From assembly GCA_963702895.1 (NCBI GenBank), contig OY969767.1, positions 1,280,001 through 1,344,000 on the forward strand: a DNA stretch of 64,000 nt. Reading direction: 5' to 3'. Positions 27,558 to 37,610 of this stretch are shown piece by piece. The translations under genes and the position numbers were made by a program. Origin of the DNA: an uncultured Elusimicrobia bacterium (GTDB lineage: Bacteria > Elusimicrobiota > Elusimicrobia > 2-01-FULL-59-12). The notes beneath the pieces were generated by a model. The model searched no databases. It was not told the origin of the DNA and was given only the letters and a program-made list of their open reading frames with translations. Position 1 is the first letter of the stretch. Every line of letters starts with the position of its first letter.

Positions 27558-28558
27558 CGAACACCTACCTTTCCTGGTTGGGCCAACTTTAAGGCGTGAC
27601 GGACCTCCGCGAGCGTGGACATCGCGGCTTGTTCAGCTTTCTTGGACCCTTCCGCAACGAGATCTTTGACCTCCGAAGGCTTCGACGCCAAGCGCACACG
27701 CTCCGCTCGAATGGGATCGAGGGCCGCGTTCAAGGTTTCTGTAAGGCGGTTCTTGCACGCCACACAACCCAGGGAGCCTGACTTGCAGCGAGACTCAATG
27801 TCGGCAACCTCGGGCGTGTAAAGTTTATGCGTATTAAAGACGACGCACCCTTCCGGATGACCTTGATCGCTCAGGCGAATCTTGAGCGGATCGGTGTACA
27901 TGGTCTTAATCTTCGCCGTGGCCTCTTCCTTCGAATCCGAGAGATAGATGGCGTTCTCATAGGACTTGGACATCTTGCGACCATCCGTGCCCAAAATCTT
28001 AGGCGACTTCGTCAGCAAGGCCTGAGGCTCCGGAAGGGAAGCGCTGTAGAGGTAATTAAACCGCCTGCAAATCTCACGCGTGAGCTCGAGGTGCGGGAGC
28101 TGGTCCTCACCGACGGGGACATGGGTGGCCTTATAAATAAGGATGTCGGCGGACTGAAGAAGCGGGTAGCCCAGAAATCCGTACGTCGACAAATCTTTGC
28201 CCGTCATCTCCTGCTGTTGTTCCTTGTAGGTCGGGACACGTTCCAACCACGAAAGCGGTGCGATCATGGAGAGCAGGAGGTGGAGCTCGGCATGCTGGGG
28301 GACCCACGATTGGCGTAAAATGACGGCCTTCTTGGGATCCAACCCACAGGACAGCCAGTCGATCACCATGTCCCAGACGCTGGCTTCAATGCCCGAGGTG
28401 TTCGCGTATTCCGAGGTCAGCGCGTGCCAATCCGCCACCATGTAATAGCAAATCGCATCATTCTGCAAGGCGATCCAGTTGGCGAGCGCGCCAAAATAAT
28501 TGCCCAGATGAAGTTTCCCGGAAGGACGCATGCCGGAGAGGATAGTCTTAATGGCCAT
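27554..28558 (-). CDS. trpS: Tryptophan-tRNA ligase
   Basis: SGMRPSGKLHLGN (HIGH), VGEDQ and KMSKS. Start reassigned to MAIKT at 28558. Confidence 0.97.
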   Translation of the reverse strand: MAIKTILSGMRPSGKLHLGNYFGALANWIALQNDAICYYMVADWHALTSEYANTSGIEASVWDMVIDWLSCGLDPKKAVILRQSWVPQHAELHLLLSMIAPLSWLERVPTYKEQQQEMTGKDLSTYGFLGYPLLQSADILIYKATHVPVGEDQLPHLELTREICRRFNYLYSASLPEPQALLTKSPKILGTDGRKMSKSYENAIYLSDSKEEATAKIKTMYTDPLKIRLSDQGHPEGCVVFNTHKLYTPEVADIESRCKSGSLGCVACKNRLTETLNAALDPIRAERVRLASKPSEVKDLVAEGSKKAEQAAMSTLAEVRHALKLAQPGKVGVR

Positions 28559-29822
28559 TTTGGAGCGGGAACTCATACTGGATGAACCGGATTTCTTCCT
28601 CGCGCGTCCGGAGCTTGCCTTCCCAGCGCGCTTGCCGGAGCGCTTCGAAGATTTTGGTGTAGACCGGTCCTGGCTTGTAGCCCAGGTCACGGACATCCTG
28701 ACCGGTGAGGGTCGGCGCGCTGTCCTCAAAGCGCTGCCAGTCCAGTGTCGCGGATTTGCGCTTGGTGAGACTTTTCACTTTGAGTGCCTTGGTCACAAAC
28801 GACCTCACCTCGGGCGGCAAAGGTTGTCGCGAGCGTTTTTTGACATCCGACATCGACAGAGTCCCTTCGCGAAGGCGCGCCAGGAGCGTCAAGGCGAGTT
28901 CCACTTGCTCCATGGTCTGTTGAGAAAACATCAAGTGACCCAGGCTGCCCACGGCTTTCGCGTAAGGCAAGGTATGGACCAGAACCAGTAGCCGCATCTG
29001 GAGCGCATGCGTTTGATCCTGTTGTTTGATGAGCTGGCCGAAGAAGGTTTCATGGGACCGTTCCCACTTCAGGTGTGGCACTAAAAACGAAAGTGCGCCC
29101 CACTGGGAGAGAAGACGCAGGGGAGGGCGCGGGTCTTTTTCTTGCAGCAGAGGAATAAGTTCTTCGCGGAGCCGCGCTCCGGAGAGTGTCCCGGGCAATT
29201 GCAGCCCGATTGATTCATTGAGCCATTCTCGCGTCCGCCACTCTAAGTCGTACCCAAAACGCCCAGCAAAGCGCGCGGCCCGGAATATCCTCGTGGGATC
29301 ATCCTTAAAGCTTTGCGCATGCAGGACACGGATTTTCTTGGCCCGCAAGTCCTCCATGCCGCCAAAGGGGTCCCAGACATGACCCAAATCCTGTTCATTA
29401 AGGGAAATCGCAATGGCATTGATCGAAAAATCGCGGCGGTAAAGGTCTTCTTGGAGGCTGGCTGGCTCCACAACGGGCAAAGCAGCCGGTTCAGCGTACG
29501 TCTCGGTCCTGGCTGTGGCGATATCCAGGCGGCGGCCGTTCTTGAATTCCAGCGTATTCGTGAGAAATTGGGGGTGACTGATGAGTTTAGCCTTAGAGGA
29601 TCGGGCTGCTGCTCGCGCGATGGGAAGAGACGGCCCTTCGACAACAACATCAATGTCGACGGCGGGGCGTCCCAGCAGAAAATCACGAACGCAACCGCCG
29701 ACGAGGTAAATCTGGGCATCACAGGCCTTGGCACGCTCCACCAGAGGCGCAAGAATCGACAGAAGACCTTTGGGCAGCGCAAGCCTCGCGCGTGGCGCCA
29801 GCGGTGGTTGTGAGCTCAGCAT
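28548..29822 (-). CDS. CCA/A-adding tRNA nucleotidyltransferase
   Basis: LVGGCVRD, DIDVV, DLYRRDFSINA and DDPTRIFRAARF motifs. Confidence 0.93.
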   Translation of the reverse strand: MLSSQPPLAPRARLALPKGLLSILAPLVERAKACDAQIYLVGGCVRDFLLGRPAVDIDVVVEGPSLPIARAAARSSKAKLISHPQFLTNTLEFKNGRRLDIATARTETYAEPAALPVVEPASLQEDLYRRDFSINAIAISLNEQDLGHVWDPFGGMEDLRAKKIRVLHAQSFKDDPTRIFRAARFAGRFGYDLEWRTREWLNESIGLQLPGTLSGARLREELIPLLQEKDPRPPLRLLSQWGALSFLVPHLKWERSHETFFGQLIKQQDQTHALQMRLLVLVHTLPYAKAVGSLGHLMFSQQTMEQVELALTLLARLREGTLSMSDVKKRSRQPLPPEVRSFVTKALKVKSLTKRKSATLDWQRFEDSAPTLTGQDVRDLGYKPGPVYTKIFEALRQARWEGKLRTREEEIRFIQYEFPLQNGH

Positions 29823-29875
29823 GGAGGGGTTAATTTTAGCAAAAGTGCTCGATTTCTCCGAATGGATGGGATGTT

Positions 29876-30412
29876 TTATCTGAACACGTTCTGGCGATAA
29901 TGCTGAAGTTCCGCGATTGATTCATTGATGTCATCGAGCACGTGGTGGGTTTTCTTCTTTTCCGGCGCAGGCTTCATCTTGGGGTACCAGCGCTTCGCCA
30001 ACTCTTTGACCGTGCTCACATCCACATTGCGGTAATGGAAGAAATCATGGAGACGCGGCATATATTTGGCGAGAAACTGGCGGTCCTGCCCGATCGAGTT
30101 TCCGCACATCGGGATTTTCTTTGCTGGACAATGATTTTTGAGGAACGCGAGGGTTTCTTCTTCGGCCTGTTGAAGGGTCACGGTGGACTTGCGACAGCTC
30201 TCGGTGAGACCCGATTTGCCGTGGTGCTCGCGACACCAGGCGTCCATCCCGGCAAGAACAGCCTCGGGGTGGTGGATGGCGAGCGCCGGGCCTTGCGCGA
30301 GGACGGTCAGATGAGCATCCGTGATGAGCGTTCCGATCTCCAGGATCGTGTCCCGCTCCGGGTCAAGGCCCGTCATTTCCAGATCCAACCAGATGAGCTT
30401 CTGATCCGCCAT
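29876..30412 (-). CDS. orn: Oligoribonuclease
   Basis: WLDLEMTGLD, CGNSIGQDR and HYRNVDVST motifs. Confidence 0.97.
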   Translation of the reverse strand: MADQKLIWLDLEMTGLDPERDTILEIGTLITDAHLTVLAQGPALAIHHPEAVLAGMDAWCREHHGKSGLTESCRKSTVTLQQAEEETLAFLKNHCPAKKIPMCGNSIGQDRQFLAKYMPRLHDFFHYRNVDVSTVKELAKRWYPKMKPAPEKKKTHHVLDDINESIAELQHYRQNVFR

Positions 30413-30517
30413 CGAAGAACGTCAGTATACCTGAATGAGGCCTGATTCGTCATTTCCTGTTCCTTTGCCGGATACCGCACCCCTTTCGGGTGCGGAGGAG
30501 GCGTCGTTATACGACCG

Positions 30518-30594
30518 CGCCCTCACCCTCGGCTCTCGCTGCGCTCGGCCTCTCCCTCTCCCGCGTGCACGCGGGAGAGGGTGGGGGTGAGGGC
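30518..30594. repeat. CCCTCACCC/CCCTCTCCC-type palindromic repeat in a hairpin-rich intergenic region
   Basis: GCCCTCACCC...CCCTCTCCCGCGTGCACGCGGGAGAGGG...GGGTGAGGGC, with flanking hairpins near 30476-30496 and 30602-30622. Confidence 0.8.
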
Positions 30595-30730
30595 AGAGAT
30601 GCCGCAGGCCTTGAGCCTGCGGAGTTTCACTCCGGCGAAGCCGCCCTCCACTCAAATAGCGGCCGGTAGCCCGCCATCTCGTAGTGGAAGTCCGGTTTTC
30701 ATCGGGGTGACATCACGTATAATACGCCGG

Positions 30731-32410
30731 ATGTCGAAAGATTTTGTCTACACCATGAAAGGGCTTTCCAAGATCTACCCACCGGGAAAACAGGTCTTGA
30801 AAGACATCTACCTGTCCTTTTACTACGGGGCCAAGATTGGCGTGATCGGCTTAAACGGCGCCGGAAAAAGTACGCTGCTGAAAATCATGGCGGGGATCGA
30901 AAAGGAGTTCGATGGTGAGGCGTTCCCCGGCAAGGGGATCACGGTAGGGTATCTCGCGCAGGAGCCGCAGCTCGAGGAACACCTGAGCGTCAAGGACAAC
31001 GTCGCGCTCGGCATGAAAGCCGTGACGGACCTTCTCGCGGAGTATGAGAAGGTGAGCGCGAGCTTCACGGACGGCATGAGCCCTGATGCCATGGAAAAAG
31101 CCCTCAACCGGCAATCCGAGCTTCAGGAAAAGATTGAAGCGGTGAACGGCTGGGAGCTCGACCATACCCTGGAGATCGCCATGGACGCGCTCCGCTGTCC
31201 TCCGGGCGATTCCCCCGTGAAACACCTCTCCGGCGGTGAAAAACGGCGCTTCGCGCTCTGCCGGCTTCTCCTGCAGTCCCCGGACCTGCTGCTCTTGGAC
31301 GAACCTACCAACCATCTCGATGCGGAATCGGTGGCATGGCTTGAACATTATTTACAGACTTACCAAGGAACGGTCGTCGCGATCACGCATGACCGCTACT
31401 TTCTGGACAATATCGCGCAGTGGATCCTCGAACTCGATTACGGCATGGGTGTGCCATGGAAGGGTAATTATTCCTCGTGGCTCGCGCAGAAACAGGAACG
31501 CCTGCGTCGCGAAGAAAAAACAGAGAGCCAGCGGCAAAAGACGCTCGAGCGCGAACTGGAATGGGTCAGGCAGTCCCCCCGCGGCCGCCAAGCCAAAAGC
31601 AAAGCCCGCATTGGTCAGTACCAGACCCTCTTGGCCCAAGACCCGGTCAAACGCATGGAAGAGCTTGAAATCTATATTCCCCCCGGGCCACGCCTGGGGG
31701 ATCTCGTGATCGAGACCGAGCGCTTAAGCAAAGGCTTTGGGGACAATCTCCTCATCGAAAACCTCGCCATGAAGATCCCGGCCGGCGCCATCGTGGGCAT
31801 CATCGGTCCCAACGGCGCCGGCAAAACCACCCTTTTCCGGATGATCACGGGACAAGAGAAACCCGATCAAGGGACTTTGCGCGTGGGAGAGACCGTGAAA
31901 CTGGGCTACGTCGACCAGTCCCGCGCGTCGCTCGATGACACGAAGTCCGTCTGGCAGGAGATCTCCAGCGGTCATGATCTCATTCTGCTGGGTAAAAAAG
32001 AGATGAATTCGCGCGCCTACTGCTCACGCTTCAATTTCTCTGGCCAGGACCAGCAGAAAAAAGTGGGCTCACTCTCCGGCGGCGAACGAAACCGCGTGCA
32101 CCTGGCGAAGATGCTCAAATCCGGCGCGAACGTCCTCCTGTTGGACGAGCCTTCCAACGACCTCGACGTCAACACACTGCGGGCCCTCGAGGACGCTATC
32201 CTGGAGTTTGCGGGATGCGTGCTCGTCATCAGCCACGACCGGTGGTTTCTCGACCGCATTGCCACGCACATCCTGTCCTTCGAGGGCGACAGTCAGGTCC
32301 ACTTCATGGAAGGCAATTTCCACGATTACGACGAGACCCTCAAAACGCGCCTGGGCGCAGCCGCCGCCACCCCCCACCGCATCCGCTATAAGAAACTATC
32401 GCATTCCTAG
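30731..32410 (+). CDS. ettA: Energy-dependent translational throttle protein EttA (ABC-F)
   Basis: Two ABC domains, GRQAKSKAR linker and HRIRYKKL C-terminus. Start reassigned to ATG 30731 (559 aa). Confidence 0.97.
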   Translation: MSKDFVYTMKGLSKIYPPGKQVLKDIYLSFYYGAKIGVIGLNGAGKSTLLKIMAGIEKEFDGEAFPGKGITVGYLAQEPQLEEHLSVKDNVALGMKAVTDLLAEYEKVSASFTDGMSPDAMEKALNRQSELQEKIEAVNGWELDHTLEIAMDALRCPPGDSPVKHLSGGEKRRFALCRLLLQSPDLLLLDEPTNHLDAESVAWLEHYLQTYQGTVVAITHDRYFLDNIAQWILELDYGMGVPWKGNYSSWLAQKQERLRREEKTESQRQKTLERELEWVRQSPRGRQAKSKARIGQYQTLLAQDPVKRMEELEIYIPPGPRLGDLVIETERLSKGFGDNLLIENLAMKIPAGAIVGIIGPNGAGKTTLFRMITGQEKPDQGTLRVGETVKLGYVDQSRASLDDTKSVWQEISSGHDLILLGKKEMNSRAYCSRFNFSGQDQQKKVGSLSGGERNRVHLAKMLKSGANVLLLDEPSNDLDVNTLRALEDAILEFAGCVLVISHDRWFLDRIATHILSFEGDSQVHFMEGNFHDYDETLKTRLGAAAATPHRIRYKKLSHS

Positions 32411-32473
32411 CGATCTTTCATCGATCCCCGTATTAGGAAATACAATTGATATAATTAATACAGGAGGATCAAA

Positions 32474-32710
32474 ATGGCAAAAGATCTCATTCATTCCGAC
32501 CCGGCGATCATGATGGGGAAGCCCGTGATCAAGGGAACCCGCATCACCGTAGAGCTTGTTCTGGAGAAGTTGGCGGCAGGCGAAACTGTTGAGACCCTTC
32601 TCAAGTCTTATCCCCACCTGAAAAAAGAAGGCATTCGCGCCGCAATCGCTTACGCCTCCAAGGTCATGAAAATGGACGTCGTCCATCCCGTTTCCTACAA
32701 GGCGGCATGA
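32474..32710 (+). CDS. DUF433 antitoxin (VapB45-like)
   Basis: DPAIMMGKPVIKGTRITVE...YPHL; AGGAGG RBS. Confidence 0.93.
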   Translation: MAKDLIHSDPAIMMGKPVIKGTRITVELVLEKLAAGETVETLLKSYPHLKKEGIRAAIAYASKVMKMDVVHPVSYKAA

Positions 32711-33057
32711 AGTTCTTTGCTGATGAAAGTATCGAACATGAAGTCGTCAAGCGCCTTAGGCAAGACCACCATCAAGTCCTCCACGTTTCAGAAATCCAGC
32801 CGGGCTTGAACGATGATGATGTGCTGGCAAGAGCGCGTGACGCCCAGTCCATCCTCCTGACCCATGACAAAGACTTCGGGGCGCTCGTCTATCAGAAGAA
32901 ATATCTGACCACAGGGGTGGTCCTTTGCCGATTGCAAGACGCCAAGGCGGAAAAGAAGGCTGACCTTATTGCGGACATGATCCACATGTATTCCGAAGAA
33001 CTGCACGGCGCGTTTGCGGTACTTACGGAAAGCGAATTCCGCATCCGCAAACTTTAA
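32707..33057 (+). CDS. DUF5615 PIN-like toxin (VapC45-like)
   Basis: MKFFADES, DDDVL and LLTHDKDFG motifs; ATGA overlap with the antitoxin. Confidence 0.92.
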   Translation: MKFFADESIEHEVVKRLRQDHHQVLHVSEIQPGLNDDDVLARARDAQSILLTHDKDFGALVYQKKYLTTGVVLCRLQDAKAEKKADLIADMIHMYSEELHGAFAVLTESEFRIRKL

Positions 33058-33081
33058 TAGATGTCTTAAGACCAGGGGCTC

Positions 33082-33189
33082 TTTATGGAAGGGACTTTCC
33101 ATGACTACGATGTGGCCTTAAGATCCCGCCTCGGCGCAGCTGCCGCCACTCCCCACCGCATCCGTTATAAAAAGTTGACAGCCTCTTAA
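33082..33189 (+). pseudogene. Diverged duplicate of the ettA 3' end (35 codons plus stop)
   Basis: Translates FMEGTFHDYDVALRSRLGAAAATPHRIRYKKLTAS*, versus FMEGNFHDYDETLKTRLGAAAATPHRIRYKKLSHS* at 32303-32410. Confidence 0.92.
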
Positions 33190-33209
33190 ACCCCTGCTAA
33201 AAAGCAGTC

Positions 33210-34202
33210 ATGTCACGTTCGTCTAGCGATGCTCCTGTCTTCATCGTGATGGCTCTGATCAGTGGTCCCAATCTCTTATTCTGGGCACTCAAGCGGCTGT
33301 ACAAAAAGCGGCAAATTGAAAATACCCCGACCTCCAAAATCCGGTCGGCGGCGATGGGGATGGTGGAATTCTCCGGGATCGCACGCCAAAAGAAACCCCT
33401 GATCGCGCCGCTGTCGAACCTCCGTTGTTGCTGGTGGCGGTGCCAAGTCCAAGAACTACGAAGAAGCGGCAAAAACTCGCACTGGGCAACAGTGAAAACT
33501 GTAGGATCGATCGATTTCTTTTATCTCGATGACATGACGGGGCATGTGCTCGTCAACCCTATCGGCGCCGAGATCAGCGTCATGAACACAACGCATGACA
33601 TCAATTCTTCCACCCGTCCGAAGTTGTCACCGCTCCTCTCCAGCTGGGGGGTCGACAGCTCAGGCTGGTTTGGGTTCGAAAAGCGCATGAGGATCCTTGA
33701 GGAAACGCTGCCCGAGAGCGCCCCGGTCTACGTGATCGGGGAGCTCTCGCTCATGCGCGATCAGTTGAAAGACCGCCAGATGCGCTTCCGGGAACGCCTC
33801 CGGCTTCTCAAATCGAATCCTGGGGCCATGAAGAACGCCGACTCCAACCAAGACGGCAGCGTCTCGTCTGATGAGTGGGACGCTTTCCGAATCAAGCAGG
33901 AAGAAGCTTTCCTGGAAAGCGAGATGGCCAAGGACGCGGGAACGACCCAAGAAGAACAAATGGTGGTTCAAGCTCCGGCGCACGGAACGTATATCATTTC
34001 GGCGGGGACCGAAGCGGATGTGCTCGGGAAGATGAGTTGGATGGTGCCGCTCGCGCTTGTCGGCGGCCTTGCCCTAAGCGCCGGCGGGGTCTACATGGCA
34101 AACTTACAACATTGGTCACCGCTATTTATCGTAGGATTATTACTCGCGGGGATGGTGTTCGGCAGATGGATCAAACTTAAAGGAGCAATTCAATGGCATT
34201 AA
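33210..34202 (+). CDS. GIDE-like domain membrane protein with EF-hand motif (LemA partner)
   Basis: IENTPTSKIRSAAMGMVE N-terminal motif, DSNQDGSVSSDEW EF-hand, terminal TMs. Confidence 0.8.
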   Translation: MSRSSSDAPVFIVMALISGPNLLFWALKRLYKKRQIENTPTSKIRSAAMGMVEFSGIARQKKPLIAPLSNLRCCWWRCQVQELRRSGKNSHWATVKTVGSIDFFYLDDMTGHVLVNPIGAEISVMNTTHDINSSTRPKLSPLLSSWGVDSSGWFGFEKRMRILEETLPESAPVYVIGELSLMRDQLKDRQMRFRERLRLLKSNPGAMKNADSNQDGSVSSDEWDAFRIKQEEAFLESEMAKDAGTTQEEQMVVQAPAHGTYIISAGTEADVLGKMSWMVPLALVGGLALSAGGVYMANLQHWSPLFIVGLLLAGMVFGRWIKLKGAIQWH

Positions 34203-34753
34203 TCCTTCTCGTTGTCCTGGCGCTGGTTGTGATGATCTTGGGCGGTTATGTGGCCGCGATTTACAACGGTCTCATTACCGTTAAAAACAATATCGACAAA
34301 GCCTGGGCCAATATCGACGTCCTTCTCAAGCAGCGGCATGACGAACTCCCCAAGCTCATCGACGTCTGCAAAGGCTACATGGAACACGAGAAAGGCGTCT
34401 TTGACCGGGTCTTGCAGGCCCGGCAAGCGCTCATGAGCGCGCAAGGCCCGGCGAAGAAGGGGCAAGCGGAAGGCGAGATGGGCGCTGCCCTGCGCCAACT
34501 CTTCGCCTTAGCGGAGAATTACCCGAACCTCAAAGCGCAAAGTTCTTTCCAGCAGCTTCAGGAACGAGTGTCGGCGCTCGAATCCCAGATTGCCGACCGC
34601 CGAGAGTTCTACAACGATTCCGTCAATACCTATAACATCCGCATTCAGTCGATTCCCGACGTCTTGATCGCCAAACCCATGGGACTTGCTCCGCGGGAGA
34701 TGTATCAGGTCGCGGCGACCGACAAAGAAGACGTTAAGATCAGTTTTAAATAG
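34193..34753 (+). CDS. lemA: LemA family protein
   Basis: YNGL, IDVLLKQRHD, ENYPNLKA and RREFYND motifs. Confidence 0.95.
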   Translation: MALILLVVLALVVMILGGYVAAIYNGLITVKNNIDKAWANIDVLLKQRHDELPKLIDVCKGYMEHEKGVFDRVLQARQALMSAQGPAKKGQAEGEMGAALRQLFALAENYPNLKAQSSFQQLQERVSALESQIADRREFYNDSVNTYNIRIQSIPDVLIAKPMGLAPREMYQVAATDKEDVKISFK

Positions 34754-34781
34754 GCGAATAACGACGGAATAAACGGGACAG

Positions 34782-34886
34782 CAGAATAGCCAGAACGTCA
34801 GAATAGACGCCAGAACGGCGGCCTATGGAATTGCCTAGCGTGTATACCGTTGTTCTGGAATCTATTCTGCCGTTCTGGCTATTCTG
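34782..34886. repeat. ~40-bp imperfect inverted repeat built of short CAGAA-containing units, between convergent genes
   Basis: Arm 34782-34821 CAGAATAGCCAGAACGTCAGAATAGACGCCAGAACGGCGG matches the reverse complement of 34847-34886 with 5 mismatches. Confidence 0.85.
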
Positions 34887-34913
34887 ATGTTTTGGCATGT
34901 TTTCTGACGTTCT

Positions 34914-35324
34914 TTAAACCCCAAAAGCTTTGAGAATGACCCTCTTCTTCCGCTGCCCGTCGAATTCTGCGTAGAAAACTTGTTCCCAAGGCCCCAAATC
35001 GAGCCGGCAGGCGGTAATCGGCAGGACGACTTGATGGTGGACGAGCATTCGTTTGAGGTGGGCGTCCCCGTTATCTTCACCGGTGTGGTGATGTTCATAA
35101 TCCGCCACTGGCGCCAGGTGCTCGAGCCACTTCATGATGTCTTTCTTCAGACCTGACTCCTCGTCGTTCACAAAGATGCCGGCCGTGATGTGCATCGCTG
35201 AGGCCAAAATCATGCCGTCCTTGATTCCGCTCTTTTTCACGGCCTGCTCGATGGCTTGCGTGATGTTCACGAGCTCCCTGCGGCTGGCGGTGTTCATCCA
35301 GAGATAATCGGTATAGGTTTTCAT
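34914..35324 (-). CDS. yjbQ: YjbQ family (secondary thiamine-phosphate synthase)
   Basis: [16 protein letters not shown] and LGPWEQ..YAEFDG motifs. Confidence 0.93.
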   Translation of the reverse strand: MKTYTDYLWMNTASRRELVNITQAIEQAVKKSGIKDGMILASAMHITAGIFVNDEESGLKKDIMKWLEHLAPVADYEHHHTGEDNGDAHLKRMLVHHQVVLPITACRLDLGPWEQVFYAEFDGQRKKRVILKAFGV

Positions 35325-35755
35325 GGTGCTGGTTGGCGCGCTTTTTCGACTTCTTCGGTCAAAACGCGCTCCTCCTCTTCGCGGATTTTGCGCTGGAGCT
35401 CGTCCAGGCCGAACATCAGAGTGGGTTCACACGTGAGACGGTCTTTCGGGTTGAAAGTGGCCTGAGCTTCGGCAAAACCTTTTTTCATCATGACCTCAAG
35501 CTCCACATTATGGGATTCATCCTCCAAGGGGTAGACGTAGGCGGCGAGATTGAGCCGGGGATCGAGGTACAGGAGAAAATGCTCATAGTAGAACGTGTGG
35601 GAGCATTCCGGGCAGAAAAGGATGTTGATTTCCCCTCCCAAAAGCATCTCTTTGAGCTCCGGGTCCTGTCGGGCATTGATCGAGGTCCAGACGGTGCCCT
35701 TGAATTCCTTGCCGCACTGCGCGCAGTCGACATCGACTTCGTTATGAACGCTCAT
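35321..35755 (-). CDS. CpXC domain zinc-ribbon protein
   Basis: CAQCG...SIN...CPEC...FLYLD pattern. Confidence 0.85.
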   Translation of the reverse strand: MSVHNEVDVDCAQCGKEFKGTVWTSINARQDPELKEMLLGGEINILFCPECSHTFYYEHFLLYLDPRLNLAAYVYPLEDESHNVELEVMMKKGFAEAQATFNPKDRLTCEPTLMFGLDELQRKIREEEERVLTEEVEKARQPAP

Positions 35756-35779
35756 CGAGAGGCATTATAGTACGTCAGC

Positions 35780-36229
35780 TCAGAAGGGAGCTTTGCCGGG
35801 GGCATTGGCCTGACGGGCAAGGCGAGAAAGGATGATCGAAAGACCGATGGCGCCAACGATCGAGCCGGCGATCATCGCTCCCGCTATCCAAAATGACGAA
35901 AAGACATGTTCAGTCAAGGAGCGGTAGAGAAACGTTAAAGCACCATGCAAGAGGGCGCCTAAAACAGCGCCGAGGGAGAATGAACGGCCAAAGTCATAAG
36001 GGCGATGAAAATAAGATGTGCGTTGAATAATCATGGCCGTGACGATGCTCAGGGCCGCCCCCGTCAGAAGAGCGGGCAGCCATGTCTCGACGTAAGCAAA
36101 AAGCACCACTTGGTCGAGGTGACCGCGGGCAAAGTCTGGAAGACCTTTGATCCAAAGCAGGAGAAACGTGACGAGGGGGATCGCCACCATACACCCCAAT
36201 GCAAAGATAACACGGTCTTTGATTTTCAT
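35780..36229 (-). CDS. Hypothetical 4-TM membrane protein
   Basis: Four hydrophobic segments; fills the gap between neighbours. Confidence 0.75.
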   Translation of the reverse strand: MKIKDRVIFALGCMVAIPLVTFLLLWIKGLPDFARGHLDQVVLFAYVETWLPALLTGAALSIVTAMIIQRTSYFHRPYDFGRSFSLGAVLGALLHGALTFLYRSLTEHVFSSFWIAGAMIAGSIVGAIGLSIILSRLARQANAPGKAPF

Positions 36230-36330
36230 GCGATTAGAATACAAAAGTTGCTTATGACGAAAGCAAGCTTCTCCTCGGGTCGACCAGCGTGCCTGGCACC
36301 ATAGGTCATGTTGTAATGGAAGACGGATGA

Positions 36331-37584
36331 TTATTTAGAAACGGTAACACCTTTTGGGAAATAGCGGTCAAACAAGAACGCCACGATCAGACAGGCGCTG
36401 CTGCCCATGATCAGCGCCGGAGTCGGCCCCACACTGCCCGCGAGACCGCCCGCCAAGAGACCACCCAATGGGCCTATGCCTTCCATGGCCACGGTATAGT
36501 AGCTGATCACCCGTCCGCGCTTATCGTCTTCAGCCAGGTGTTGCAGTGTGGTATTGGCCAACAGCATATGTGTCATAACGGTGAAGCCGACCACCCCGAG
36601 CATGATCAGAGACAGCCACAGGGTATGGGATAAGGAAAACACAATAAACGCAAGTGCGAACAAGCCCACCGATGCTGGTAGGCCACGGCTCAGGCTGGCC
36701 ACTTCCCGACGACCGGCCATGAACAACGTGGCGGCAAGGGCGCCAAAGCCAATAGCAGCCATGAGTTGCCCCAGCGTAGACGGCCCGCCACCCAGAACAC
36801 TTTTCGCAAAAACAGGCATCAAGACCACGAATGAAAAGCCCATGAGGTTAAACAAGGACAACAGCATCAGCACAGAACGAATCGGCCGGACTCCGGAAAC
36901 ATAGTCAAAACCGACTTTCAATTCATTCCAAAGATCACTCTTCGGAGCCTGGATTTGTTCGGCACGGATACGAATGACCATCAGGCTGACCAAGACCGCC
37001 AAGAAGCTGATGCCGTTGATCAAGAAACAAGGACCTTCCCCTACGCGAGCGATCAGCCAGCCCGCGATCAGCGGCGCAACTAAGCGCACTGAATTAAAAA
37101 CCATGGCGTTGAGCGCTATCGCATTACCTAGAACTGCCTTGCTCTCGACAATATCGAGGAGGAAAGCCTGGCGCGCGGGAGTGTCGACAGCGTATACACA
37201 TCCAATGAAACCACTCAGGACGAGGACATGCCAGGGCACGATACTCCCGCTGAATGTAAGAGCGGCAAGCGCGAATGCCTGCGCCATGGCCAATGACTGA
37301 GTTGCCAGCAGGACTCGTCGCCGGGGCCAGCGATCGATAAGGACCCCCGCCACCGGACTCAGAAACAAACTGGGTATTTGGGTAACGAACACGATCAACC
37401 CCAGCATCAGTGCCGAATCCGTCAGGCGATACACCAACCAGCTCATGGCGATCTGCTGGATCCAGCTGCCCATGAGTGAGGTCCCCTGGCCAAAGAAATA
37501 AAGCCGGAAGTTTTTGTAGGCGATTGCCCGGAACATCGGACTGATGCGTGATTGAAGTTGCAAAGCCAATGACGTTACCTCCAT
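36331..37584 (-). CDS. MFS transporter (H+ antiporter/exporter-like)
   Basis: NFRLYFFGQ..S..GSWIQ, GVLIDRWPRR and PARQAF motifs; 12 TMs; 26 nt downstream of the radical SAM gene. Confidence 0.93.
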   Translation of the reverse strand: MEVTSLALQLQSRISPMFRAIAYKNFRLYFFGQGTSLMGSWIQQIAMSWLVYRLTDSALMLGLIVFVTQIPSLFLSPVAGVLIDRWPRRRVLLATQSLAMAQAFALAALTFSGSIVPWHVLVLSGFIGCVYAVDTPARQAFLLDIVESKAVLGNAIALNAMVFNSVRLVAPLIAGWLIARVGEGPCFLINGISFLAVLVSLMVIRIRAEQIQAPKSDLWNELKVGFDYVSGVRPIRSVLMLLSLFNLMGFSFVVLMPVFAKSVLGGGPSTLGQLMAAIGFGALAATLFMAGRREVASLSRGLPASVGLFALAFIVFSLSHTLWLSLIMLGVVGFTVMTHMLLANTTLQHLAEDDKRGRVISYYTVAMEGIGPLGGLLAGGLAGSVGPTPALIMGSSACLIVAFLFDRYFPKGVTVSK

Positions 37585-37610
37585 CGATTCTTAGACGGGC
37601 AAGAAGTACG

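Noticed and set aside
30581..30730. N-terminal extensions in the ORF track for ettA (also lexA, coaE, trpS, tlpA, LRR, csgG and the ANTAR gene)
   Set aside because: They overlap repeats, promoters or neighbouring genes. Family homology starts at downstream ATGs.
34755..34913. Short repeats considered as a CRISPR array
   Set aside because: The units are short, degenerate and inverted, with no unique spacers and no cas genes.
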